In this document: positions 39,070-54,198 of the stretch, piece after piece | Position numbering within the stretch: the stretch's first letter is position 1 | How the letters are laid out: every line of letters starts with the position of its first letter | Translations under genes and position numbers: made by a program | The notes under the pieces: model-generated | Seen by the model: only the letters and a program-made list of their open reading frames with translations | What the model was told of the DNA's origin: nothing | Databases searched by the model: none | Source: Octopus sinensis | Taxonomy: Eukaryota | Assembly: GCF_006345805.1 (NCBI RefSeq) | Contig: NC_042998.1 | Coordinates: 10,168,001-10,232,000 of the forward strand | Direction: 5' to 3' | DNA length: 64,000 bases

Positions 39070-39490
39070 CCTTTCTTTTCTACCCTAGGCACATTGCCTG
39101 AAGCTTTTAGATCGAACCAGTACGCGGCTGGTACTTAATTTATCGATCCCGAAAGGATGAAAGGCAAAGTCGACCTCGGCGGAATTTGAACTCACAACGT
39201 AACGGCAGACAAAATACCGCTAGGCATTTCGCCCGGCATGCTAACGATTATGCCAGCTCGCCGCCTTAATATAATCCTTTCCACTATAAAGACAAGGTCT
39301 GAAGTTTCGGGGAGGGGGCTAGTCGATTACATCGACACCAGTACGCAGCTGGTACTTAATTTATCGACCTCGAAAGGATAAAAGGCAAAGTCGACCCCAG
39401 CGGAATTTGAACTCAGAACGTAACGGCAGACGAAACACCGCTAAGTATTTAGTCCGGCGCGCTAACGATTCTGCCAGCTGGCCGCCTTAA
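39070..39490 (-). mobile_element. Two tandem SINE family A copies
   Basis: Family sequence; GAA(C/T)GAGTCC repeated on both flanks. Confidence 0.88.
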
Positions 39491-40329
39491 GAATGAGTCC
39501 ATTCTGTGAAATTATCACCTTCATTGACCTCAATTTTTACAAGTCTTGTAATAGTATCATAACTTGTCCGCACAGACATTTTCAAACACAGTTGAAGATT
39601 TTTCTCATTTCTGAAGGCAGTCTTTCTTAAACCATTCGAACACCAACTGGTCAAGATCAACTATCACACATTTAAATATTACAAAGCACTACCATCTCCC
39701 AAAACCCGTCATATTTCGAGACAGTTGACTGGTTTAGGTATATCCATTCACATCCCAGACACAGCTAAAGACCTTACTCTCGAATCCCCCAAATGGTTCG
39801 CAGACACTGTATTACAACAATACATGAAAACACAATATCATAATTGAAAAATCTCACCAACTTCACTCGTGGACAAAACGTTTAAAAAGAATATTATTCG
39901 GAATGTAGCAGATACTTACGTGCATTGCACAGCCTGGCAGTTCTCCTCTTCCGAAATTTCTGCCGGTCCTTTTAGTGTCTTATGATGATGATTTTTTAAA
40001 TCAAATTTTTAGAATTCTCCAACTCATAAATCCTCAACAAAATAGTTCCAATAGTATTGAAAAAGACTCACATTTGCGGTCTGTTTGCATTCAACTTCAT
40101 CCTGTATACATCTGACAGTGTCCTTTCAAAAATTTCCTTCACCACAAAATCAGGGTACCACAAGTTTGCATGGATGCCACGTACGGATTGACTTTTTGTC
40201 ACTCCTAAGCAATAAGGCTGCTTAACCCTGACAACGGCCATTCTGTTATCTTCAAACTCTTTCCCCAAACCTAGTTGTTTCCTTACCAAACAATCCAACC
40301 CATCTATCTTACCCTCTCTCTTTCTGAAT

Positions 40330-40990
40330 CTAGTCCAATGTTTAAAATCATTCTACCCAAGTGAAATATTTCTGACCTTACTATCAAACAGCCATTCGCT
40401 CTCACGTTCGAATTAGAAACATGTATTATCAGTCACTTTCTCCAACATCTTGAAGCTCTTTTATTCCTCAGTATCACATCATCAGAATACCTTCCATTGA
40501 GGCAAATCTACCGAGGACCCGCTCGCCTATGTCACTCACAAGTGGTCTCACGCTTTACAGGAAGACGTTCAGAGAAGACTTTATTTGACATTATCAAAAC
40601 CTTTTATCGTGTCTAGTATGAGAATCTATTTGCCAAGCTGCAAACCTATACCCTTCATCTATCTCTCATTCCTTGGATTGGAGGTTTCCTGCCAGATCGT
40701 ACACTCGTAACATGATCTGACGGGGTTCCTCTTGAACATATATGCTGTTAACTTAGATATGCACCAAGGAAACGCATCAAAGCGCCTGATACTTTTCCAG
40801 TATTCTTTCTGTTTATTAAAAACCTGCTAAAATAAATTCTAATAATGTACATTCCTTATTAGGTGACATACTTCTCGTATCACTAACGATAGCACAATGG
40901 TGTCATTTACAGGCAACTTGGTCACCTTACAGTAATTCTACACTACGTCAATGTATCTTGATCTTAAAGACATCCTCCAATAGGGATGAC
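40330..40990 (+). mobile_element. Old LINE RT remnant; probable 3' continuation at ~43950-44290
   Basis: HHQNTF..KSTEDPLAYVTHKW..FDIIKTFYRV*YENLFAKL..WIGGFLPDR; later YFYRISTIWNSFP. Confidence 0.7.
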
Positions 40991-41461
40991 ACGGTTACAG
41001 GTTACATTATGAAAGCTATCTTGTGTCACACAACTTCTAGAATAGACAACATACTATTATGGCAATCAAAGTCGCTGTGTGTTCAAGCTCTCTCAAGCTC
41101 TGACATTACAGCTAAACCGCACTCACTATACATACATACATACATACATACATACATACATACATACATACATACGTACATACATACATACATACATGCA
41201 TGCATGTATACATACATACATACATACATACATACACACATACATACATACATACATACATACATACATACATACATGCATGCATGTATACATACATACA
41301 TACATACATACATACATACACACACACATACATACATACATACATACATACATACATACATACATACATACATACATACATACATAACAGAGCGTTATAG
41401 TAATACATCTGTTTGTTTTGTACACCACCTGTCTTCGTCTTTTGTTTTTTTCGTAAACTCT

Positions 41462-41532
<71 letters not shown>

Positions 41533-42163
41533 GTGTGTGTGTGTGTGTGTGTGTTGTGTGTGTGTGTGTAGTATGGACTCTGCCATCGTTGGACGGCAGA
41601 TGAGGTTTTCCGCAATCTTTTGGCTGAACGAACAGACAAATGATTTGTTTATAGTGATTAAAGATTAGTGTTGCACATGAGCTCACTCCTTGCACTAAAT
41701 TGATATTGCCTGGACAAGTGCACGAATGTTTCCACAAGTCAGATTTTGCAAGGATAACTGCAAACGTGAAATGAAGTGTTTTGCTCAGGAACACTATATA
41801 TATATATATATTTTCCCGTTCTTGTCCCAGTTTGTATATTTTTTTACTTTTACATATATATATATATATATATCTGCACACACACACACATATATATATA
41901 CATATATATATATACATATATACGTATATATATACATATATATACATATATATTTATACATACATATATATATATATTAGTATGTGACCTCGTGAATACC
42001 ACCGCCGATTTTTTTCCTCTGTCTTCCCTTCTCGGGATCTTTCCTTCTCCTATGTTTCCGACTAAGAGCTCCGCTCGAAACGTCATACTTTCCTGAGCGT
42101 CCAATAATACTTTTTTGTTCCACATCCTTGCGTTGTTGTCTTTTTGTTTTCTTGTTTGGATTA

Positions 42164-42205
<42 letters not shown>

Positions 42206-42242
42206 ATATATATATACATATATACATACACACACACACATA

Positions 42243-43589
42243 TCGTGTATACTCGAGTAATAGTCGATCTCATGTAAAAGTCGACACCCTTATTTTTTGA
42301 CCAAAAAATTCGGAATTTTTCCATAGACCCCGAATAAAAGTCGACCCTAGTATTTCACGAACAACAGGACAACATTTGTGGGTCAAGGTACCGTATTATC
42401 CTGTACGTAGAAATAACACTGTTTCAAAATTTTTATGGCTACCTTACTATAGCCTGCTTTATAGGGGGAATGCTTGATGCTTATAATGGAATGCTCGATG
42501 CTTATAATAAAACACCATTCAATAGCGAGCACTACGCATCTGTTGATGGGTGTTACATCACCATTACTAAAATCTATGCACAGGATATGCTACAAGCCTG
42601 CATACATCTTCAAGCGCAATAAACACATGCGCCATACACTCGATGTTTACAATGGTGAGAAGCGTGTTTCACAGACACCGCTATTGGCGAATACTGGCAA
42701 ACGCCACTGTCTGAATTCGTACAAAGGCATGACTTTGGTAAACCTAAAAGCATTCAATTAATCGCTAAATAAGTGGTTCTCGTGCGACCTTCATATTTTC
42801 CCCATCTCCAAATACAATAAATACATATATCATTCACTCGTCTTTTTACACGGTGAGAAACGTGTTTCACAGACGGCGAACAACAACAAATACCACCGCA
42901 CATGACCTCCTGCAACTTTTTTTTTTATAAGAGACTAGCAGTATCGCCCGGCGTTGCTCGGGTTTGTAAGGGAAATAACTATAAAGCATTTTTAGAGAGT
43001 TATAGCCAAAAAATAGCAAAAATTGCATTAAAAATGGAAAAAAAATTATGGTAAATTTTTTTTAAATCGTTGACTCATCGTAGACATTTTTAGAGTTACT
43101 TCCCTTATATAATAGCGGGAAAAAATGCATTAAAATGGAAAAAAATGATGGTAAATTATTTTAAAATCGTAGACTCATCGTAGACGCGCGCTAATACCCA
43201 GAAGGGCTCGATATGAATGACGACTATAAGATACTCGGTTTTGGTTAAACTGCACCGCAAAATGTGCGAGTAGTTAGGAATCTAAATCGTAGGAGACAGA
43301 CAGCACACAACCTCACTTTTATATATAAAGATACGCAGTGTTGTTTATGGGTTTTGCTTTTCACTAGGACGTGTGTTTTGGTGCATAGAATTAGTAATAT
43401 TACTATGATTATTGTGTTTTTGTTTTTATTCGCTTAGAGACCAGTTGGGTTTCTGCCTCTTATACAGTACTTTGGATTCTAGCTCGAATTTCAGCCCCTC
43501 AAAAGTAGTATCCATATAATAGTGGACCCCATAAATTTTACCTTCAAAATATGGTCCAAAAAATTCGACTTTCACACGAGTAAATACGG
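42243..43589. mobile_element. Non-autonomous pogo/Tigger-like DNA element
   Basis: TA-flanked imperfect TIRs TCGTGTATACTCGAGT..AGTCGA / TCGACT..ACACGAGTAAATACGG; subterminal AAAGTCGAC repeats; contains a Helitron. Confidence 0.7.
42935..43331 (-). mobile_element. Non-autonomous Helitron
   Basis: TC 5' end and hairpin+CTAG 3' end on minus; same family as 49521, 59642, 63737. Confidence 0.9.
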
Positions 43590-45432
43590 TATATACATAT
43601 ATATACAAATGGGTTAATCAGAGCAAGAAGAGGCATATAGGATAAAGTGTCGTTGAAGAGGTCACAAGACGTGTGACGAAAAATCTTTGACAAAGACACA
43701 ACAATAATAATAATAAGGCTAAAGTGAAAACCAAATATATAGCGCGTGTGTTTAATTGGAAAAATATCACCATCCCCAGGTGCAACCTCTGTGTGTGTTT
43801 ACCTATTTTCACTCGTTGGTGATATCCTGTAATTAGATATTCTTTCTTTTTATTTCGTATTTGTCCTGTACTTATCTGACGTGTGTTTGCGTATTTTTCA
43901 CTCGCTGGTGATATCTTGTTCTTAATGTGTATTTTTAATCAATTGCTGACTTCCTGCAAAGGTCAAGTAAAACCTACAGTACACTGACATCAACTGCAAC
44001 TACTTACGCAAGCACCCAACTGATTGACAAAAGTATTGTGCAACTTCTGGCCGAGAGACATTCTGTACTCTGCTAATTTTCAGGCACCTGTAGTACCCTC
44101 CACTCATCAGGATTTCGGAGTTAAACATCGCACCGCTTATATCTTATCCTAGCCTTAATATGTCTCTATGTCTACACTCTATAATCCACTACTTCTACAG
44201 AATATCAACCATCTGGAATTCCTTCCCTACCAACTTATTTCCTCCATCGATTAAAAAAATTTTCAGTCTGACAAATTTTAAATAGACTTGATGTAAGGCC
44301 TGCAGTAATTAAGAGAAACCTCCTTAGTATACAATGTGATTGTGCGATCTGATAGGAAGCTTCTAGTCCAAAGAATGAGAGATCAATAAAGAGCATAGGC
44401 AGGCAGCTTGGCAAATAGATTTTCATATTAGATGCGGTCAAAATCTTTGCTTATATCAAGTGCAACGACATTGTTTCGCTGAACGTGTCAAGGACGTAAG
44501 GTAACATGTGACTAACACATGTGACCTTGTCTCGTATAGAGCAGACCCTGCAAAACTCGTACTGGTGTTCAATGAGGAGCAACGAAGATTCTAGATGTTA
44601 GAGGAGGCACATCTTCATGATATCTGGCACATACTCTTCTCCGGACTTCACCCGAAGGGAAAATATCAGAAGCAGCAGGTGTTCTTGATGTTTTTATCTC
44701 TCTTTCAGTCTCTCGGCCTTTCTCTCTTTCTCTTCTATCCCTGTATCTCCCCCCAAAGTGCTGTTCGGCTTTTTTTCACGACCCTATACCTCCATTCAAT
44801 CTCCCACCTTTTAATTGTCTGGACACAATCACCAATATACACGTAGGCGTGCGAACACACAAACACACACACACTCTCACACACATACAGTTGCACACAT
44901 TACGGATGAAACAAGAATTAAAACAACGAAAGATAAAAACAACGATTAAGTATAAGATCAGAGCAACTGACTATGATGGGTTGATAAAATAATTTTAAAC
45001 ATTGAATTGTAATACCACGTCTGTTGGCAAGGAAATTTTACATGGATGCAATATGAAAGACAAGAAATATAAAAGAAGAGGGCAAAAACATAGGAAGAAA
45101 GATAGGAAAGAAGAAAAAAGAAAGAGAGAGAGAGAGAGAAGAAAAAGAAAGAAAGTAGAAAGGAAAGAAAGAGAGAAAGAAAGAACAGGGTAGAAGGAAG
45201 GGAGGAAGGTGGAAATCATTCAGTGTTGGATGGGAAACAAGTGTGAGAATCGAATTTCCAGGATATAAAGAGAAAAACGACAAAAACATTTAATTGATGT
45301 CACACGATTAAACAGCTCCATTGTTCAGTAAAACTCTGTGAAAGTGCTCGACTGGAATTATACAAGATTCAAGAGTTTATCCGATCTAATTTTACAGCAT
45401 CTCTGCGAGAGGTGCCTTTTTTTCCCCCCCAT

Positions 45433-46960
<1,528 letters not shown>

Positions 46961-47513
46961 TATATGTCATTGGCTGATGCTGTTTGCTATTATTCCACAT
47001 TTCACCATGAATCAATCATTCAGACGGCCATGTATGGGCTAAAATGAAGAACCTGCTTTTGTCTAAAATGGCGTCGGGATCACTCTCCTTTGATGGCTAG
47101 CATAGACCACATGAGCTGAACATAATAGGCAGTAATTTCTAAATGATTTCTTAAGTAATTTCTTAAGATTTGTCAAGCTTGCCGACTTGGTAACAGAATT
47201 TTTCATGTGGGTTTCTTCGTACACTCAACGACATATAATGCATAAGGGGATGTTTCTATTTTTAGTGGAAAGCAAAAGTACATAATTTGTTATTAAATGC
47301 CCATATTTTAGCTTGATTTGCCCATATTTTAGCTTGATTTTTATCTGTCGAATTTCTCGCTTAACCACGCGTTGGATGTAGCCTTCAGTTTCAGCCAATC
47401 TGTTGTTCGAAATCCAGTGCTGCAGGTCTACACTTAAAGGTCTTAATCTTATACTTCTTTGCATGAAAGTATAACGAAAGGATTTTTCCCTAGTTTGAAA
47501 TAAGTTAGGTAGA

Positions 47514-47768
47514 TTATTTACATTATTTACATTATTTACATTCGACGAATATTTGTCATCTTGTTTGTTGTTAACACAACGTTTCGGCTGATATACCCTC
47601 CAGCCTTCTTCAGGTGTCTTGGGGAAATTTCGAACCTGAGTTCTCATTCCTAAGAAGGCTGGAGGGTATATCAGCCGAAACGTTGTGTTAACAACAAACA
47701 AGATGACGACAAATATCCGTCGAATGTAAATAATGTACATAATTCCTCATATCTTAAATATAGAACTG
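47514..47768. mobile_element. 255-bp Penelope-pLTR-like insertion with ~83-bp inverted arms and 13-bp TSD
   Basis: TSD TAAGTTAGGTAGA at 47501-47513 and 47769-47781; arms 47528-47610 / 47652-47737; related fragment at ~57950-58020. Confidence 0.88.
47573..47618 (-). ncRNA. Minimal type-I hammerhead ribozyme motif
   Basis: GACAC-CUGAAGA-A-GGCUG(GAGGGUAUAU)CAGCC-GAAA-CGUU-GUGUU: intact CUGANGA/GAAA core, stems I and II, palindromic AACGUU in place of stem III. Confidence 0.75.
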
Positions 47769-48121
47769 TAAGTTAGGTAGAGTCAACATTTTGAGATGTT
47801 TTAGTGTCACATTTTTACTACACTGCTGACAGTGACTACTTGCGGCCGCTATATGCGTTTTAATTAATAACAGCACTTCATTTTATCCTAGTATTGTTTT
47901 CCTTTTTTACTTTCAGGAACTGAATATGTTTTGAAAGGAACGTTACACTACACATATTTCTGGATACAAGGGAATGATAATACTGTGCGAATCCAACTTT
48001 AAAGGTATTTTAGGTTAACCTGATATATGAAATTCAATAAATCAACCTAACACAACAGTAGAGCACCAGTTATTAGTATTTCCTGTATGTGTATCTACAT
48101 ACACACACACACATACACACA

Positions 48122-48162
<41 letters not shown>

Positions 48163-48163
48163 T

Positions 48164-48230
<67 letters not shown>

Positions 48231-48352
48231 CGGGAAAGTTTACGAAAATAAACAAAAGACGAAGACAGTGGTGTACAAAACAAACAGATGTATTAGTATA
48301 GCGCTCAGGAATAGAAAAAGTCTTTTACGTTTCGAGCCTACGCTCTTCTTAT

Positions 48353-48395
<43 letters not shown>

Positions 48396-48519
48396 ATATA
48401 TAACGGGAAAGTTTACGAAAATAAACAAAAGACGAAGACAGGTGGTGTACAAAACAAACAGATGTATTAGTATGGCGCTCAGGAATAGAAAAAGTCTTTT
48501 ACGTTTCGAGCCTACGCTC

Positions 48520-48556
<37 letters not shown>

Positions 48557-48716
48557 TATATATATACGAGCTTGTTTGTGTTTATATATACACACACACA
48601 TGCGTGCGTGCGTGTGTGTGTGTGTGTAAGGCATAATTTCGCAAAGGAAACTGATATATATGAATATATACATTTACTTACATACACACATTCACACACA
48701 CACACACACACACACG

Positions 48717-48759
<43 letters not shown>

Positions 48760-48868
48760 GTATTCTCATTACTCATGTGGATTCCCGGGTCAGGCACTGA
48801 TTCTGACTCTGAGATTGCACTACACCCTGGTCCACTGTATTTCGATGGCAATCTGTTTGTGTGTTGTT

Positions 48869-49160
48869 AGTAGAGTGCTTGAAAGTTCTCAGCATTAAAC
48901 TGCATGTACTTTCGCCAGCCCACTTGTATATCGCTTTTCCTTTGGAAACTGTACTGAGATCACTCCTTTTTGCGGTGGATCTCCCAAACATCCCATCAGT
49001 CATACAGACAACCACTCTCACCAGCTATGTTGTTGATAAATAGTAACGCAGCCGGTCAAGAACACCGATGTCACCCTAAATTACAGAAAGAATACAATAT
49101 ACAAGTGAGCTGGCGAAAATAAAATGCAGTTTAATGCCAAGGGTTTTGAAGCACTCTACT
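48869..49160. mobile_element. LINE RT fragment with inverted duplication of ~63 bp
   Basis: 48869-48931 is the imperfect reverse complement of 49097-49160; TTTLTSYVVD (decayed YADD) between them. Confidence 0.75.
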
Positions 49161-49520
49161 GGCTGCACACAAATATATATGTATGTTTGCATGTATATAT
49201 GTGAGCTATATGAGATAATAGTTTCACTTTAATTGTTTCAGTATTAATAGGGAAACTGAAAGTATCTCATATAATAATAGAGATGTTATGGTTTCACTTT
49301 TGACACATAATACTGAAATAGTTTAAGAGATAAGAGATTGCTCCAGGCTAGCATTAGGCAAGAAGTTAAAACTTTTTGGGACCCATATTACTGTATGGAC
49401 CCTAAGTAAGGCATGTGTAAAATTTCAATGCAATCGGTTGGGTAGTTATCGAGTGTTAGTCATGTGCTCATACAGACAGATAGACAGACTGACGCACATG
49501 CTCAGTTTTATATATATTGA

Positions 49521-49917
49521 CTAGCAGTATCGCCCGGCGTTGCTCGGGTTTGTAAGGGAAATAACTATATAAGCATTTTTAGAGATGTAAAGTATAATAC
49601 CCATCTCAATATGGCTAACCACAAAGGGGGGGGGGTGTTACTGTAGCTTTTTACGTTCTGAGATTTAATAATAAATTTTTAGAGTTACTTCCCTTATATA
49701 TGCCAAAAATGCATTAAAAATGGGAAAAATTGATGGTAAATTATTTTTTAAATCGTAGACTCATCGTAGACGCGCGCTAATACCCAGAAGGGCTCGATAT
49801 GAATCACGACTATAAGATACCCGCTTTTGGTTAAACTGCACCGCAAAATGTGGGAGTAGTTAGGAATCTAAATCGTAGGAGACAGACAGTACACAACCTC
49901 ACTTTTATATATAAAGA
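49521..49917 (-). mobile_element. Non-autonomous Helitron abutting the 5' end of an older Helitron-like element (~49200-49520)
   Basis: Minus strand reads ..GCTAG|TCAATATATATAAAACTGAG. Confidence 0.88.
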
Positions 49918-50349
49918 TATGAATTTAAATAACAAATTATCATACAGTCATGAATACATAAAATAAAGACACAATTGTTGACAGCTGTAAAATAGTGAGT
50001 CACAGAATGAACTTACACTTTTGCACGTAAGACGACAAAGCGCAAAACCTATAAGATTTCCATGTCATCCAGTATGATGAATAACGAAACTCTTGAAATA
50101 AATTAAATGAATTTCATAATTAAGTTGTCTTACATAAACTCATAAATCTGCACACTATTTTTAAACATAGAGACGCAGCATGGTTATCTGTGAATTAAAC
50201 GAAACTATGAATGCCTCATTGATTCAGCAACCGGATTATTATTAGCGATAATTCTTAAATTCTAGTATCCTAAAAATGGGCGAATTGGTTCATCGTAAAT
50301 AATAACATTCATTTGTTCAACAATATAACATCATAATACACTCTCAAAA

Positions 50350-50776
50350 ATTTGTCCTACGAAGAAAGGTTGAGTACGCTCGACCTTTATTCTCTTGAAA
50401 AACGCCGCCGCCGTGGTGATCTCATTCTCGCTCACAACATCATAAGCGGAAAGTGTAACCTCTCGAAAGAGCTGTTCTTCACTCCTGCTCCAGAGCGTCG
50501 GCTGCGGGGTCATTCCGAAAAGCTCTACCTGCGACGATTTCATCTCAATCGAAGGAGAGGAGCTTTCTCCGTCCGGGTTGCGGATCCGTGGAACAAGCTG
50601 CCAGACGAGATGGTGAAGATGCCGACGACCGCTTTGTTCAAGTGTTCTCCCTTCAAGTTCAAGTGTTCAAGTGTTCTCCCTTGACCTCAAGTGGCCTGAA
50701 CTCTTTACATGAACACCACCCTGTCCCCCTACATGGCCTTGCTATTTGCTTTTAGCCAAAAATTAACTAACTAACT
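50350..50776 (+). mobile_element. 5'-truncated CR1-like LINE 3' end
   Basis: SYEERLSTLDLYSLEKRRRRGDLI..LRGHSEKL..FSVRVADPWNKLP; 3'UTR with (CTAA)n tail. Confidence 0.9.
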
Positions 50777-51409
50777 TGCTTGGAATAAAACAGTTGATTG
50801 TATTCTTGCAAGACATGCCAAGTCTGTTCTTTCAAAGATTTCGTATGAAATATTGTGCAGTGTCAAAAGACCTCAAATACTATGTATATATATTCTGTTA
50901 GTGAAAAGCTAGAATAGAAAGAGAAATATGGCCACAGAAATAAAAAAAAATTACAATTTAGAGCGATAAATCAATCGGTATATAAACATGAAGTAATAGA
51001 CAATAGACCAGTGTTGTAAATAAAACTTCCTGCAGTCCCTGAGACATTTTCACCGGCTAAATGTTATTTTCTTAATAAACTAGACAAATATTTTCTTAAA
51101 CCTAAAATCAAATTAGAATCTAATCATGTGATGAATAGCAAAATCTACTCTGTTTTCTGTCGTTTGTTAACCATTGTTTTTCGTGCTCACCTGAATGAAC
51201 TGTAGTAAAAGGTAAAGATTGCGTGACATTAACGTTTTCCTTTGAAGCTAACGCATTAAAATCCAATATTCGGTGATGTGAACAAGTTAAGAATACAAAC
51301 AAGTCATATCATCCGAATTCCAGACATTATCTACACAATGTTAATAACAAAATCTGTATCAAATACTCAGCAGATCCTTAAGCAAATCTTTATATTTTAT
51401 CACAAATAT

Positions 51410-51616
51410 TGGTTTCAAATTTTGGCACAATACCAGCAATTTTGGGGTATGAGGTAAGTCGATTACATAGACCGTAGTACTCAACTGGTCCTAATTTTAT
51501 CGACACTGAAAGGATGAAAGGCAAAGTGGACCTCGGTGGAATTTGAACTCAAAACATGTAGACCGACGAAATGCCGCTAAGTATGCGTGCTAACGAGTCT
51601 GTCAGCTTGCCACCCT
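51410..51616 (-). mobile_element. SINE family A
   Basis: Family sequence. Confidence 0.85.
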
Positions 51617-51829
51617 ATTTAACAACCAATCAATTTTACTGAATTTTCTTAATAAATCAGCTACGTATTCTATTGAATCTAATGTTAAATAAAATTAGTA
51701 AAGTTTTCTCCCTTTTTATCTTTTATTAACATCTGGATTTTATCTAATCTCCTATTTTTGCTATTTAGAATCTTACGACTGATAAATCAGCTCAAATAAA
51801 TATTCAAAATTAATCAGACATTAGTTATT

Positions 51830-52354
51830 TTCTCTACAAACCCTACAAAATGCTTCTAAATAAGTTTTATAAAAACAAATCAAATAATTATTCCAATAAT
51901 AATAATAAAGACCTGAATATAATTAATTGTACATGTAGAGATAAGACTAAATGTAATTTGGATGATGTAGTATATAAATGTGTAGTGACTTTGATTGATG
52001 ATAATAATAGGAATAGTTATAATTCAAATGCGATTTATATAGGGGTCGATTTCTAATAAAATCAAATTAAGGGTGGCTCAACACATGAATTCTTTTAAGA
52101 ATAGAAATTTAATTAATTTTACTGGCCTTAGTAAATATATTTGGGAACTAAAATCTAAACGTATTACGTACAAATTAAATTGGGAGATTGTTTGTAAGGC
52201 AAAAACTTATCGAATAGGTAGTAATTTTTGTTTATTATGTACTAATGAATTTAAAGAGATATTATTAACTAATAATAAAAAATTTGTTAACTTCCTAGAT
52301 GAGCGAAAAATTAAATGCAGACGTAAGTTAAAATACTTATATGTTCAGCTAATT

Positions 52355-52425
<71 letters not shown>

Positions 52426-52978
52426 TATTTTATGTTAATAATTGTTGTAGTTATAATTTGTAGTAGTATAATATGTATAAATTAGCACGAGATTATATAA
52501 TGTATATTACATAATTAGAATAAAATTAAACTTAGATGTTTATAAAATAAATAAATAAATAAATAAATAAATATGGATTAAATTATAGAAATTATGTGTT
52601 TTACGTTTTTTAGTTTGAAATTATTTAGACTTTAAAGTTTTCCAGTAAATGGTATATCACAGTTAGTTTTTTTCTTATTCAAACAGCTAAAATATATTTT
52701 GTCTTTTCAACAGCTTAAATACATATTTCTATCTATCTATTTATTCTATAATTTTTACTTACGCCATGTTTTCACGCGATAAATTTCTTATAAACGATAA
52801 ATTTCTTATAAACGCTAAGTTCTACATATTATGTTTAAAATTTTAGTTAACAGAATTTCTTCGATAAGATTAATTATGTTTTTATTTTAAGTAAAACTGT
52901 TAAATTTTATTCTATTATTAATTGCTAAAACACGTATTTTTCTATATTTATTAGTTAATTTATAAGTTAAGATACGTA

Positions 52979-53019
<41 letters not shown>

Positions 53020-53270
53020 ATTATTATAGACCTGATAAGTGACTATATTTTTTAATAGAATTAATTTTAGATCGACTTAGTTTTATTCGAATTGATTTTA
53101 TTATTATTATCTATTTGAAAATATACCCACGAAACGCGCGTAGTCTATTTACTGTTTATTGTTTATGTACTTTATTGATTTTTAGAATAATGTCTTCTAT
53201 AGTATATTTAACTTTTTCTATACGGTGTGAATAATGACTTTCACTATTGAATTACTTAATTCAATAGTGT
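51830..53270 (+). mobile_element. Penelope-like element remnant: GIY-YIG endonuclease plus AT-rich 3' pLTR
   Basis: NCTCRDKTKC..VVYKCVV..IYIG, HMNSFKN..TGLSKYIWELK..LNWEIVCKAK..CLLCTNE..KCRRK; hammerhead-like motif downstream. Confidence 0.85.
53026..53148 (+). ncRNA. Type-I hammerhead-like motif with long stem II
   Basis: AUAGAC-CUGAUAA-GUG..~85 nt..CAC-GAAA-CGCGCG-UA-GUCUAU; G8 position reads A. Confidence 0.65.
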
Positions 53271-53575
53271 TTTTAGTCGTGATTTTTTGTTTGCTTGTTT
53301 GCCCATGGACAAGATATCTCAAGATGGATTCGGATGAAACTTTCAGGGATGTCTGGCCTCATGACTGACGCGAACTGGTTAGATTTGGGAATCGATCCGG
53401 TACCGGACAAGGATTCTGGATTATTTTCCGGCTTTTAACTTAATTTTTGAGAGCGGTCGGGTTCATTTTTAGTATTCTCGTTTTTGAGAGCAGTCGAATT
53501 TATTGTAGATATTCTTATTTTAAAAATCATCTCTGGCTAATCGTTGAGAGGACGTTGCTGTTGCTTTGGTGGAGG

Positions 53576-53576
<1 letters not shown>

Positions 53577-53634
<58 letters not shown>

Positions 53635-53642
53635 CATTATTA

Positions 53643-53682
<40 letters not shown>

Positions 53683-53830
53683 CATTATTATTATTATTGT
53701 TATTATTATTATTATCATTATCATCATCATTATTATTATTATTATATTATTATATTATTATCATTATTATCATTATTATTATATCATTATTATTATTATT
53801 ATTATTATTATCATTATTATTATCATTATA

Positions 53831-53864
<34 letters not shown>

Positions 53865-53935
53865 CATCATCATTATTATCATTATTATTATCATTATTAT
53901 TATTATTATCATTATTATTATCATTATTATCATCA

Positions 53936-53966
<31 letters not shown>

Positions 53967-54061
53967 CATCATTATTATCATTATTATTATCATTATTATC
54001 ATTATTATCATCATCATTATTATTATTATCATTATTGTTATCATTATTATCATTATTATTA

Positions 54062-54096
<35 letters not shown>

Positions 54097-54142
54097 TTTA
54101 TTGTCATCATCATCATCATTATTATTATTATTATTATTATTA

Positions 54143-54183
<41 letters not shown>

Positions 54184-54198
54184 TATTATTATTATTAT
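53577..54198. repeat. ~620-bp (TTA)n/(TCA)n microsatellite
   Basis: Directly visible. Confidence 0.97.

Noticed and set aside
42051-42090. CCGACTAAGAGCTCCGCTCGAAACGTCA hammerhead-like motif
   Set aside because: Core and stem I too decayed to call separately; probably a relative of the 28489 family.
47225-47740. 171-aa ORF
   Set aside because: Runs through the fold-back insertion and its TSD; no recognisable domain.
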